In this document: one piece after another, positions 8,908 through 18,428 of the stretch
Layout: every line of letters starts with the position of its first letter
Numbering within the stretch: the stretch's first letter is position 1
DNA from: Candidatus Eiseniibacteriota bacterium
Lineage (GTDB): Bacteria > Eisenbacteria > RBG-16-71-46
NCBI GenBank assembly: GCA_031364845.1
Contig: JANLWX010000075.1
Span: forward strand, 1 to 64,000
Direction of reading: 5' to 3'
DNA length: 64,000 nt
Notes under the pieces: model-generated
Database searches by the model: none
The model's input: the letters and a program-made list of their open reading frames with translations, nothing else
What the model was told of the DNA's origin: nothing
Program-made: the position numbers and the translations under genes

Positions 8908-9930
8908 ATGATGAGAAGCTCCATCACATGGAACACCGACTGTCAGCCTCTGGAACGCCTGCAGTTCGATGCGGCCGGGCTGATGAAGCAGCATCCTCCG
9001 GTGGCGGGTTCCCGCAACAAGAAAATCGTGCTCGGTGTTGCGTGCCCCAAGGGGGCGACGCACGGCGGCCGCATCGAGTACAGCCGCTGGCCGACTCTGA
9101 CGATCGAGCCCGGGGCTGAGATCGCCGACCACGGCACGCGCAACGTCGGGCGCTCGGGGTTCTACGACTACGCGCACGAACGCGATCTTCCACAGGCGAC
9201 CGAGTGGCACGTCAACTTCGCCGACCCGCACCTGTTCGGCGCCTATGACTCACCGCTCTTCGCCCAGGACGAGATGCAGGTTGCCGAACACCCGGCACTG
9301 GGCGCCGTGCGTGAAGCGCTTCTCGCCCGCGGCCTTCCCGCGCTGACCAGCGAATTCGAGAAGCCGACGCCGGTCCTCATTCGGGGAGTCGAGCGCCGAT
9401 GCTGCGTGTCGACCGAACCCGACGCCTCGCGGGGGCGGCCGCACGGACTCTACGGAAACCAATTCCATATCGCCGTACCCGATGCGATCGAACGCGCGAC
9501 GCGAAGGATCGAACCGCCCACGATCACGAACCTGATCGCGATGGCGGCGCCCGCGGGCCGGCACGGCACCTACACCGCCGAGGACGTTGTCCTGGTGCTC
9601 CTGACGGCGTACACCGGCTTTCGCGTAGCGGTGGCCGAGTCGGTTCGAGCCGGACGAACCGACCTGCCGGTCGTCGTCCACACCGGCTACTGGGGGTGCG
9701 GCGCGTTCGGCGGCAATCGCGTGATGATGGCGATGCTGCAGATGATCGCGGCCGAGCTGGCGGATGTGGATCGTCTCGTGTTCCACACCGGTAGCGACGG
9801 CGCGCGCGAGTTCGCGACCGCGCGCGAAACACTGGCTCGCGTGCTGGAGATCCCCGGGAACACGCTGCGCGAGCGGATCGTTCAGATCGCCGCCCTCCGT
9901 CTCGCGTGGGGCGAGGGCAACGGGACCTAG
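8908..9930 (+). CDS. Poly(ADP-ribose) glycohydrolase-like macrodomain protein
   Basis: VNFAD...AQDEMQ and HTGYWGCGAFGGN match PARG macrodomain motifs. Confidence 0.65.
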   Translation: MMRSSITWNTDCQPLERLQFDAAGLMKQHPPVAGSRNKKIVLGVACPKGATHGGRIEYSRWPTLTIEPGAEIADHGTRNVGRSGFYDYAHERDLPQATEWHVNFADPHLFGAYDSPLFAQDEMQVAEHPALGAVREALLARGLPALTSEFEKPTPVLIRGVERRCCVSTEPDASRGRPHGLYGNQFHIAVPDAIERATRRIEPPTITNLIAMAAPAGRHGTYTAEDVVLVLLTAYTGFRVAVAESVRAGRTDLPVVVHTGYWGCGAFGGNRVMMAMLQMIAAELADVDRLVFHTGSDGAREFATARETLARVLEIPGNTLRERIVQIAALRLAWGEGNGT

Positions 9931-9952
9931 GCGGTGTCTCAGACACCGCCGC

Positions 9953-10450
9953 TCAGCGTCCTTCGAATCTCCGCACCGCCGGCACCGCTGCCGCGCGCAC
10001 CAGTCCGTCGTTGTCGTCGAGCAGGCGCCGCAGCGCCGGCAGTTCGTCACGGCTCCCGAAGCGCTGCGCGATCTCGCATGCCCACACGCGATGGCGCGGG
10101 TGCGAGTCGCGGCACCACAGGTCGAACAGCCGGCTCCACGTTCGCATCGAGGCGGTTTCGCGCAGCACCCACGCCGCCTCGTCACGCACGGCTTCCTCAG
10201 GATCGCTGCGGTAGAGGCGGAACACCGGCTCGAAGTCGGCATCGCTCCACAGACGCCTCAGCGCGTGGACGACCGCGAGACGCACCTTGGCCGACTCCGC
10301 GCTGACGAGCGCCACGATGTCGTCGTGCACTTCACGCATGACGAGCGTGGCCGCGCGGGCGCACGCGAGGGCGACCACGTCCTCGTCGTCCTCCGCCAGC
10401 CGCGCACGGATGAATGCGGGATTGCCCGCCGGCAGGCGCTCGATCGGCAT
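9953..10450 (-). CDS. HEAT repeat protein
   Basis: Repeated VR.A...L units; ends LLDDNDGLVRAAA. Confidence 0.7.
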   Translation of the reverse strand: MPIERLPAGNPAFIRARLAEDDEDVVALACARAATLVMREVHDDIVALVSAESAKVRLAVVHALRRLWSDADFEPVFRLYRSDPEEAVRDEAAWVLRETASMRTWSRLFDLWCRDSHPRHRVWACEIAQRFGSRDELPALRRLLDDNDGLVRAAAVPAVRRFEGR

Positions 10451-10455
10451 CTGCC

Positions 10456-12246
10456 CTACTTCGCGAACTTCAGCAGGCCGGTGGTGAGCCACGGCACGTA
10501 CGTGATGACGAGCACGCCGATCAGAAGGATCAGCAGCATCGGCAGCGAAGCGCGCGCGACTTCGAGCACCGGCTTGTTGAAGCGATAGGACGACAGGAAC
10601 AGGTTGAGCCCGACCGGCGGCGTGAGGTAGCCGAGCTCGAGATTCGCGATGAAGATGATCCCGAGATGGACCGGGTGAATGCCGAACGCGAGTCCGAGCG
10701 GCACGATCAGCGGCACGACCACGACGATCGCCGAGTAGATGTCGAGCAGGCAGCCGACGACCAGCAGGAACACGTTGAGCGCGAGCAGGAACACGAGCGG
10801 CGAATGCACGTGCGCCTGGGTCCAGGCGACGAGCCGCGCGGGGACTTCGGCGTCGACCATGTAACTCGAGAGTCCCATCGCCACTCCAAGGATCACGAGC
10901 ACGCCGCCGATCAGCACCACCGACTGGTGCAGAACGCGTGGGATGTCGCGCGTGAGTGACAGGTCCTTCTTGATGAACACCTGGACCACGAACGCGTAGA
11001 GCGCAGTGAGCGCCGAGGCCTCGACGATGGTCGCGAAGCCGCCGAAGATCGCGAGCATCACGACCACCGGCAGCATCAACTCGAACGCCGCGTCCTTGAG
11101 CGACGCGATCGCCGCATCGAACCGGAACGGATGCCGTCCCGCGCCGGTGAGCATGCCTTCACGCGCGCCCCATGCCGCGACCATGCCGAGCAGCAGCACG
11201 CCGGGCAGGATGCCGCCGATGAACAGGTGCTCGATCGGAATCTGGGCGACGACACCGTAGAGGATCAGCGGCAGCGAGGGCGGAAACAGAAGCCCGAGCG
11301 AGCCGCACGCGGTCAGCAGTCCGAGCGAGAAGCGGTCGCGATAACGGTCCTGCTGCAGCGCCTGATAGAGCAGCGCGCCGAGTGCGAGGATCGTCACGCC
11401 GGAACCGCCGGTGAACGCGGTGAAGAACGCGCACACGATCGCGACCACCACCGCCGTGCCGCCGGGGATCCAGCCGAAGAACGCGCGGAACACGCCGACC
11501 AGCCGCTCGGAGGCCTTGCCTTCGGACAGCAGGTAACCGGTGAGCGTGAACAGCGGCACCGCGGCGAGCGTGGGGGAGACCGCGAGCCGATAGGTCTCGA
11601 CCGGCATCGCCGCGATCGGCACGCCGTTGCTCATGAACAGGAACACCGCGATGCCGCCGAGCGTGGCGAAGATCGGGCCGCCCAGCACGGTGCCGATCAG
11701 TACCACGACCATCGCCGGCCACGCCGGCTTCGCTTCGAAGAACTGCGGGTACTGTCCGATCCACAACCCGATCGCGATCCCGGTCGCCGCGATCGCGCGG
11801 CCGGGCCAGCGTGTGTCGGCGCGCCACACCAGCCACAGCGCGATGATCAGAAACGACAGCGGCAGCACGAGCTGCGTGATCCAGGTGGGCACGCCCGCGA
11901 CGACGGTCTGCGACTCGCGCTCGATCAGCACCATCTGGAGCGAGGCGCGGAACAGCAGCATGGTGACCGCCGAGGCGATCAGCGCCGCGACGACCTGAGC
12001 GGTGCGCCGCACGCCGCCTTCCGGCAGGAACTCCGCGGTCGCGAGGGTGAGCAGCCGGCCCTCGCGCGCGGCGATCGCCGCGCCGAGGAAGCCGACCCAC
12101 AACGTCAGGTGCTGGACGAACGGTCCCGAGCCCTGGATGCCGATCTTGAACACCAGCCGCCACACGATTTCGGCAAGCGGCAGCACCACCATCGCGGCAA
12201 GCGCGAATCCGGCGGCGGCGGACTCGAGGCGGCCGAAGAATTTCAG
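10456..12246 (-). CDS. TRAP/TPAT transporter fused small+large permease (DctQM-like)
   Basis: LAAVPLF, FTGGSG, GLLFPPS and GYLTPPVGLNL DctM motifs. Probable CTG start at 12246; first ATG at 12192. Confidence 0.9.
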   Translation of the reverse strand: MKFFGRLESAAAGFALAAMVVLPLAEIVWRLVFKIGIQGSGPFVQHLTLWVGFLGAAIAAREGRLLTLATAEFLPEGGVRRTAQVVAALIASAVTMLLFRASLQMVLIERESQTVVAGVPTWITQLVLPLSFLIIALWLVWRADTRWPGRAIAATGIAIGLWIGQYPQFFEAKPAWPAMVVVLIGTVLGGPIFATLGGIAVFLFMSNGVPIAAMPVETYRLAVSPTLAAVPLFTLTGYLLSEGKASERLVGVFRAFFGWIPGGTAVVVAIVCAFFTAFTGGSGVTILALGALLYQALQQDRYRDRFSLGLLTACGSLGLLFPPSLPLILYGVVAQIPIEHLFIGGILPGVLLLGMVAAWGAREGMLTGAGRHPFRFDAAIASLKDAAFELMLPVVVMLAIFGGFATIVEASALTALYAFVVQVFIKKDLSLTRDIPRVLHQSVVLIGGVLVILGVAMGLSSYMVDAEVPARLVAWTQAHVHSPLVFLLALNVFLLVVGCLLDIYSAIVVVVPLIVPLGLAFGIHPVHLGIIFIANLELGYLTPPVGLNLFLSSYRFNKPVLEVARASLPMLLILLIGVLVITYVPWLTTGLLKFAK

Positions 12247-13316
12247 CGGCTCGCTCCGCTGCTGCGCAGGGCACGGAAGGCATTGCGCTCACGCATCGCG
12301 AGGTCCGCGATCTCGGGTGGCACGATGTTGCCGCGCATCTTGCCGGCGAACTCGTCTGCGACTTTGCGCCATGCGGCGAGTTCCGCGGGCTTGATGTCGA
12401 TCACCTTGAGGCCGCGGCTCTGCATCTCGCGGACCGACGACGAATCCTGCGCCGGCACGTCCTTCATCAGGCGCGTCTCGGCTTTGGCGCACGCCTTCTC
12501 CATCACGGCGCGATCGGCGGCGGAGATCTTGTTCCACGCGGACTTCGTCATCACGAGCCCGCCGACCAGCGGACCGAGACCGGCATTCGCCATGTACGGC
12601 ACCTGACGGAACCACTGCAGTGAATTCGCGGCGAGCGGCGTGGTCGGAAGCAGATCGATCATGCCGGTATTGAGTCCCGGCAGGATGTCGGTCGCGGCGA
12701 GCGCTACCGGGTGGAAACCCGACGACTTCCATGACTGCACCATGCGATCGTCGCCGGCCCACGCGAACATCTTCGCCTTCTTGAGATCGGCGAGGGTCGA
12801 GATCGGCTGCTTGCTGAAGAAGTAGACCCAGCCGCCGTGCCCCCAGTTCGCGAGCACGAAGCCCTTGGCTTCGAGCCGCTGGCGGAGCAGCGGCTCCATC
12901 TTGTCGAGCACGTAGAACAACTCGGCATACGAATCGAACATGATCGGCGTGGCGAACACGTTGAAGGCATCGTCGATGTCGGCGAGCCCGGTGATCGTGA
13001 GTGCCGCCGCCTGGATCTGCCCGATGCGCATCTTGCGCACCATGTCGGGCTCATCGCCGGCGACACCGCCGGGATAGATCCGCAGTCCGACGCGGTTCGC
13101 CGTACCGCGGCTCCATTCGTCGCCCATGTCGCGCAGCACCTTGTGCCACACCGAGCCGTCCGGAACCAGCGTGGCGAGCTTGATCACGGTCGGCGCCTGC
13201 GCCTGCGCGCGCGATGCGGGCATCGCGATGCCGATGGCGAACACCATCGAGAGAACGCCGAGCACACGGAGTGCAGGGCGCGAGAAACGTCGGGGACCGC
13301 TCGGGTATGAGTTCAT
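12243..13316 (-). CDS. dctP: TRAP transporter substrate-binding protein DctP (TatP-like)
   Basis: Signal peptide; IKLATLVPDGSVW and YPGGVAGDEPDMVRKMRIGQ. Confidence 0.9.
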   Translation of the reverse strand: MNSYPSGPRRFSRPALRVLGVLSMVFAIGIAMPASRAQAQAPTVIKLATLVPDGSVWHKVLRDMGDEWSRGTANRVGLRIYPGGVAGDEPDMVRKMRIGQIQAAALTITGLADIDDAFNVFATPIMFDSYAELFYVLDKMEPLLRQRLEAKGFVLANWGHGGWVYFFSKQPISTLADLKKAKMFAWAGDDRMVQSWKSSGFHPVALAATDILPGLNTGMIDLLPTTPLAANSLQWFRQVPYMANAGLGPLVGGLVMTKSAWNKISAADRAVMEKACAKAETRLMKDVPAQDSSSVREMQSRGLKVIDIKPAELAAWRKVADEFAGKMRGNIVPPEIADLAMRERNAFRALRSSGASR

Positions 13317-14269
13317 CGCTTGGAGTTTTCCTGGGGTAACGGGGAGTCGGTGGGTTCGTCGAGGAACAGATCATCGGCGTGCGCCAGCAACCAGCGCGCC
13401 TTCTTCTGAACGACGAGGTTGGCGAGCCGGTTCGGGGGATCGGCGTTGGGATCGATTGCGAGCGCGCGTTCGAGCAGCTCGGCGAATTCCTTGCGGTTCT
13501 GGGTCTGCACCGAAACGTTCTCGGCCAGCGTCAGGTAGGTGCTCGCGCGCTTGCCCTGCGAGAGCGTGAGCGTCTGTTCGTAGTGCTGGCGCGCGCGATC
13601 GATCGATCCGCCCATCATCGCGGGCACCGATTCGAGCACGATCATCGCTTCGTGGATCGCGCCGTGTTCGTAAGCGGGGTCGAGCGCCAGCCCGCGGTTC
13701 ATGAGCGCGCGGACCACGCCAATGTCGGCCAGCAACTCGGGATGATCCTTGCCGACGCCGATCGCCGAGCCCCACGCGGCGGCGACCCAGTACAGCATGT
13801 CGAGGTCCTTCTTGTTCAGCTTGGCCGCTGCCGCTTCGGGGTCGGTCGACAGCGCGCGCCCGATCCCCGGGTGCGCGAGTTCGAGGCCGCGCACGCCGTA
13901 GTCGCGCGCGCGCAGGTAGAGGCCGAGGGAGCGCTCGCGCAATTCCTTCGCGCGTTCGTAGTCGGAACCTTCGATGTAGTCGGCGTCGATCTGGACGAAC
14001 GCGACGCCGTACTGCGTGAAGCCGCGGCACGCGGCGAGCAACAGGTTACGGTTCTTGGGCACGACGCCGAGCAGCGACTCGATCGTCTTGAGCCCGAACG
14101 GCAGCGCCTCGCGCACCAACTCGGGATCGTTGTCGGTCGCGAACACGTCCTGGCCGCCCGCCATCGCGTTGCCGATGCCGTTCGCCGCCATCCGGTTGAT
14201 CGAGCAGCCGGAGCTGCCCGCGGCGAGCGCCAGCATGACGAGCGCGGCCGCGAATCCATTCACCTTCAT
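13313..14269 (-). CDS. TRAP transporter TatT component (TPR lipoprotein)
   Basis: Lipobox SSGC; DPELVREALP, MMGGS and RLAN motifs; directly upstream of dctP. Confidence 0.85.
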   Translation of the reverse strand: MKVNGFAAALVMLALAAGSSGCSINRMAANGIGNAMAGGQDVFATDNDPELVREALPFGLKTIESLLGVVPKNRNLLLAACRGFTQYGVAFVQIDADYIEGSDYERAKELRERSLGLYLRARDYGVRGLELAHPGIGRALSTDPEAAAAKLNKKDLDMLYWVAAAWGSAIGVGKDHPELLADIGVVRALMNRGLALDPAYEHGAIHEAMIVLESVPAMMGGSIDRARQHYEQTLTLSQGKRASTYLTLAENVSVQTQNRKEFAELLERALAIDPNADPPNRLANLVVQKKARWLLAHADDLFLDEPTDSPLPQENSKR

Positions 14270-14285
14270 CGTGGAACGCACCTCT

Positions 14286-15992
14286 TTAGAGACCTTTGTA
14301 CTGGGGTCCGCCGCCGCCTTCGGGCGTGACCCACGTGATGATCTGGTAGGGATCGGCGATGTCGCAGGTCTTGCAGTGGACACAGTTGGACGCGTTGATC
14401 TGCAGCCGCAGCGCGCCCGGTCCGCTCGCTTCATCGGGCACCATCTCGTAGACGTTGGCGGGGCAGAAGTGCTGGCACGGGTTGCCGAACTCCGAGCGGC
14501 ACTTGGTCGCGCACACGCTGGTGTCGGCGACGACCAGATGGACCGGTTGGTCCTCGTCGTGCGACGTGCCCGAAAGATAGACATCCGCGAGCTTGTCGAA
14601 CGTGAGCACCCCGTCGTACTTCGGCGCCGGCGACTTGCCGTTCGGATGCGTGTGCGCGAGCCGTCGCATCTGTTCGTGTCCCGCGTGATTCGGCGCGCGG
14701 TCGCGCAGCAGCCAGTCGCGCCCGCCGGTCAGCATCCCCACGCCGACGTTGAACATGCCGGCGAACAGCCCGTGCTCGAAGCCCTGGTGGAAGTTCCGCA
14801 CGCCGCGCAATTCGTCGGCGGCCCACGAACTCTCGAAACGCCGCCCGTAACCCGCGAGGCGCTCCTTCGAGAAGTCGCCCGCGACCAGGCACTCGAACAG
14901 CGTCTCCGCCGCGAGCATTCCGGACTTGATCGCGAGATGCACGCCCTTCAACCGCGCGCCGTTGAGGAATCCGCCGGTGTCGCCGCACAACAGCAGGCCG
15001 TCCGACGAGAGTTTCGGCATCGCCCACCAGCCGCCTTCGGGAATCGCCTTGGCGCCATAGGACACCGGCTTGCCGCCTTCGAGCAGCGCGCGCATGAACG
15101 GGTGCGACTTCATGCGCTGCAGATTCGCATGCGGATCGCTCGTCGGGTCGTGCGCATCGAGCCCCGTCACGAACCCCACCGCCCAGTGCGTGTCGTCCAT
15201 GCCGTACACGAAGCCGCCGCCGAACGTGTCGTTCGAAAGCGGGAAGCCCATGGTGTGGATCACGCGGCCCTTCTGAACGCGGCCGGCCGGCATTTCCCAC
15301 AGTTCCTTCACGCCGGTCGCATACACCTGAGGATTCTTCCCGGCCGTCAGCCCGAGCACCGGCTCGAGCGCCTTGGCGATCGTTCCGCGCGGGCCTTCGC
15401 ACAGCACCGTGCACTTCGCGTGGCAGTCCGCGCCCGGCTGGTAGTTCGGCTTCTTTTCGCCCTTGCGGTTCACACCCTTGTCGCCGGTGCGCACGCCGAG
15501 CACGCGGCCGCCTTCGACCAGCGCGCTCGCCGCCGGCATCTCGGTGGCGACCAGCACGCCTTTGGCTTCGGCGACCTCCGCCATCCATGCGCACAATTTT
15601 CCGAGCGACAGCAGGTGATTGCCGTGATTCGCGAGCATGGGCGGAGTGAGCGGCAGTCGGAACTGACTCTCGCCTGTGAACATGTAGACATCGTCGGAGG
15701 TGACGTCGGCCGCGATCGGACAGCCCTGCTCGCGATAGTCGGGCATCAGTTCGCGGATCGCGCGCGGGTCCATGACCGCGCCCGAGATGCCGTGGGCGCC
15801 GACCGTCGCCGCCTTTTCGAGCACCGCGATCGTGATCTCGCCGAGTAGTGTGCCCGGCGCCCCGGCCGCGATCTTCTGGTCGTGGCTCGCGATCAGGTTC
15901 GAAAGATGGATCGCGCCCGCAAGACCCGCCGGGCCCGCGCCGATGAACTGGACGTCGAATTCGAGGACTTCGCGTTCCACGTCCGCTCCCAC
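14286..15992 (-). CDS. Electron transfer flavoprotein-ubiquinone oxidoreductase
   Basis: IGAGPAGL FAD motif; LKGVHLAIKSGMLAAE; HDEDQPVHL; FCPANVYE; NCVHCKTCDI; GTG start. Confidence 0.93.
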   Translation of the reverse strand: MGADVEREVLEFDVQFIGAGPAGLAGAIHLSNLIASHDQKIAAGAPGTLLGEITIAVLEKAATVGAHGISGAVMDPRAIRELMPDYREQGCPIAADVTSDDVYMFTGESQFRLPLTPPMLANHGNHLLSLGKLCAWMAEVAEAKGVLVATEMPAASALVEGGRVLGVRTGDKGVNRKGEKKPNYQPGADCHAKCTVLCEGPRGTIAKALEPVLGLTAGKNPQVYATGVKELWEMPAGRVQKGRVIHTMGFPLSNDTFGGGFVYGMDDTHWAVGFVTGLDAHDPTSDPHANLQRMKSHPFMRALLEGGKPVSYGAKAIPEGGWWAMPKLSSDGLLLCGDTGGFLNGARLKGVHLAIKSGMLAAETLFECLVAGDFSKERLAGYGRRFESSWAADELRGVRNFHQGFEHGLFAGMFNVGVGMLTGGRDWLLRDRAPNHAGHEQMRRLAHTHPNGKSPAPKYDGVLTFDKLADVYLSGTSHDEDQPVHLVVADTSVCATKCRSEFGNPCQHFCPANVYEMVPDEASGPGALRLQINASNCVHCKTCDIADPYQIITWVTPEGGGGPQYKGL

Positions 15993-15993
15993 G

Positions 15994-16980
15994 TCAGACC
16001 GGCCACGTCGCGGCGGGGCCGGCTTCGGTGCGCATCGCATGTTCGTGCGCCTGCGCATCGAGCCAGCGTTCGGCCTCGATCGCCGCCATGCAGCCGGTGC
16101 CGGCGGCGGTGACCGCCTGGCGATAGACCGCATCCGCGACATCGCCGGCCGCGAACACGCCCGGGATCGAGGTGCGCGCGGTCCCCGGCACGACCTGCAG
16201 ATATCCGCGTTCATCCATCGGCAGCTGCCCCTTCAGGAATTTCGTGTTGGGCTCGTGCCCGATCGCGACGAACACGCCGTTGATCGGATGCTCGGTGATC
16301 TCACCGGTGATCGTGTCGCGCAGCTTCACGCCTTCGACCTTCTTCTGCTTCTCACCGAGGATCTCCGCGACTTCGCTGTTCCAGATGAAGCGGATCTTCG
16401 GATTCCGCAGCGCGCGCTCCTGCATGATCTTCGATGCCCGCAGCGTGTCGCGCCGGTGGACGACCACGACTTCGCTCGTGAAGCGTGTCAGGTAGTTTGC
16501 CTCTTCCATCGCCGTGTCACCGCCGCCCACCACCATCACACGCTGGTTCTTGAAGAAGAACCCATCGCACGTCGCGCACGCGGACACGCCGAATCCCATG
16601 AAGTCGGGCTCGCTCGGAATCTCGAGCAACTTGGCCGAAGCTCCGGTCGCGACGATCACGGTGCGCGCCTCGAAGTGCTTGCCGCAGTCGGTCCACACGC
16701 CGAAGGGATGCGTCGAGAAATCGACGCGCTCGACGTGGAGCTGCAGGAGCTCGGTGCCGAAGCGCAGGATCTGATCGCGCATGACCTCCATCAGTTCCGG
16801 GCCCATGATCGGTTCGCGAAAGCCGGGATAGTTCTCGACCTCGGTCGTGATCGTGAGCTGCCCGCCCGGCTGGTGGCCGGCGAGCAGGAGCGGGTGGAGG
16901 TTGGCGCGCGCGGTGTAGAGCGCGGCCGTGTACCCGGCCGGGCCCGAGCCGAGGATCACGACATCATGGATGCGGGACAC
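15994..16980 (-). CDS. trxB: Thioredoxin-disulfide reductase
   Basis: GSGPAGYTAA, GGQL, SACATCDGFF, VGGGDTAMEEA and YRQAVTAAGTGC motifs. Confidence 0.97.
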   Translation of the reverse strand: MSRIHDVVILGSGPAGYTAALYTARANLHPLLLAGHQPGGQLTITTEVENYPGFREPIMGPELMEVMRDQILRFGTELLQLHVERVDFSTHPFGVWTDCGKHFEARTVIVATGASAKLLEIPSEPDFMGFGVSACATCDGFFFKNQRVMVVGGGDTAMEEANYLTRFTSEVVVVHRRDTLRASKIMQERALRNPKIRFIWNSEVAEILGEKQKKVEGVKLRDTITGEITEHPINGVFVAIGHEPNTKFLKGQLPMDERGYLQVVPGTARTSIPGVFAAGDVADAVYRQAVTAAGTGCMAAIEAERWLDAQAHEHAMRTEAGPAATWPV

Positions 16981-17338
16981 AGGTGCTCCTGATGAGAAGG
17001 GGTTCGCGAGTTCGGCGTGGCAAGCGGACGCCCAGGGTTCGATTCGCCGGCGGATTCTAGCCGGGACGATTCATCGACCGCCAGCCGGTTTGCCGGGTGC
17101 TATTGGATGTGCGGGTGGATGCATCGATCGCGAGCGGGTCCGATGTCCGTTCGCGGTGAAGTGCCGCGCCTCGCCGCCTGCGGGCCAAAGTCGATTTGCA
17201 GCGCCGGTTTCGCGCGCGGCGGGGCGACCGCGGACCCACAGGTGCTCCGCGCGGTTCCCGCGTGCTAACGTGACGGCCTCCGAAACGCCGCGACCGTTTG
17301 CGGCCCTTTCCTGCGTCCTTCGACCCTTATAAGAGTCC

Positions 17339-18178
17339 ATGCCCGCTCCGCTGCGCCTGATGGCCGTGCTCGCCCACCCCGACGATGAGACGCTGGGAAT
17401 CGGCGGAACCCTCGCGAGATATGCCGCCGAAGGGGTCGAGACGTCGGTGATCACCGCGACCAGCGGGGACCGCGGCCGATTCGGCGAACACGCCTACGGC
17501 TCCGCGGGTCATCCCGGCGCGCGCCAGATCGCGCGCATCCGCGAGTCCGAACTGCGCGAAGCCGCCGTCGTGCTCGGGGTCCACGACCTGTCGCTGCTCG
17601 GCTATCCCGACGGCCAGCTCGACCAGACCGATCCCCGCGAGATCATCCGCCGGCTGGTGGGAATCGTGCGCCGCGTGCGGCCCGACGTCGTCGTCACGTT
17701 CGCCGCCGACGGCGGCTACGGGCATCCGGATCACATCGCGATCTCTCAGTTCACGAGTGCCGCGATGGTCGCCGCCGCCGATCCCGGCCACGTCGCGCTG
17801 CCCGGCGCTGCGGCTCTCGCGCCGCATGCCGTCGCCAAGCTCTACCAGCTGGCGTCGCCGCAGAGTGAGTGGGACATCTACCAGTCGGCGTTCAAGAAGC
17901 TCGTGTCCCACGTGGACGGCGTCGAGCGCCAGGCGGTGCCGTGGCCGGACTGGCAGCTCACGACCATGATCGATGCGCGCGAATACGCAGCGACCGTGTG
18001 GAAGGCCGCCCGCTGCCACGTGTCCCAGGTCGAGAACTACGCCGGGCTCAAGGAGCTTTCGACGGCCGGCCACGTCGACTTGTGGGGCCGGCAGCACTTC
18101 TATCGCGCCTACAGCACCGTGAATGGCGGCCGGAAACCGGAAACCGATCTGTTCGAGGGCCTGCGCCAGGGGCGATGA
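17339..18178 (+). CDS. PIG-L family deacetylase (Mca/MshB-like)
   Basis: AHPDDE and GYGHPDH motifs. Confidence 0.9.
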   Translation: MPAPLRLMAVLAHPDDETLGIGGTLARYAAEGVETSVITATSGDRGRFGEHAYGSAGHPGARQIARIRESELREAAVVLGVHDLSLLGYPDGQLDQTDPREIIRRLVGIVRRVRPDVVVTFAADGGYGHPDHIAISQFTSAAMVAAADPGHVALPGAAALAPHAVAKLYQLASPQSEWDIYQSAFKKLVSHVDGVERQAVPWPDWQLTTMIDAREYAATVWKAARCHVSQVENYAGLKELSTAGHVDLWGRQHFYRAYSTVNGGRKPETDLFEGLRQGR

Positions 18179-18298
18179 CACGCCCGGGCCGGTGCAGGCA
18201 TTTCCCGCGATTCGGACCCTGGCCGCCGCCCCGGGCAAATCGCGAAGCCAGCGTTTCCGGCGGACGCGGAATGCGGTCCGCGCCCCCAAAATCAGGCG

Positions 18299-18326
18299 CA
18301 AAGCCCGGGATTTAGCCCGCCGATAA
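18299..18326 (+). promoter_or_regulatory. Candidate sigma28-like promoter
   Basis: CAAAG-N15-GCCGATAA upstream of the 18429 gene. Confidence 0.4.
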
Positions 18327-18428
18327 CCCCTTGGAACCTCGGGTTCGCATCTCCGCGGGCTGCTGGGCTATCCTTACTCACGCCCTGGTCCGCACACGCC
18401 CGAATCGGACACCTTTGGAGCCTCCTCC

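Noticed and set aside
17015..17052. GGTTCGATTC resembling a tRNA T-loop upstream of trxB
   Set aside because: The flanking bases do not form a T-stem and no cloverleaf is visible.
18225..18320. GGCAAA...GGCGCAAAGCC resembling a c-di-GMP-I riboswitch
   Set aside because: The spacing and GNRA hairpin do not fit; better explained by the sigma28-like promoter.
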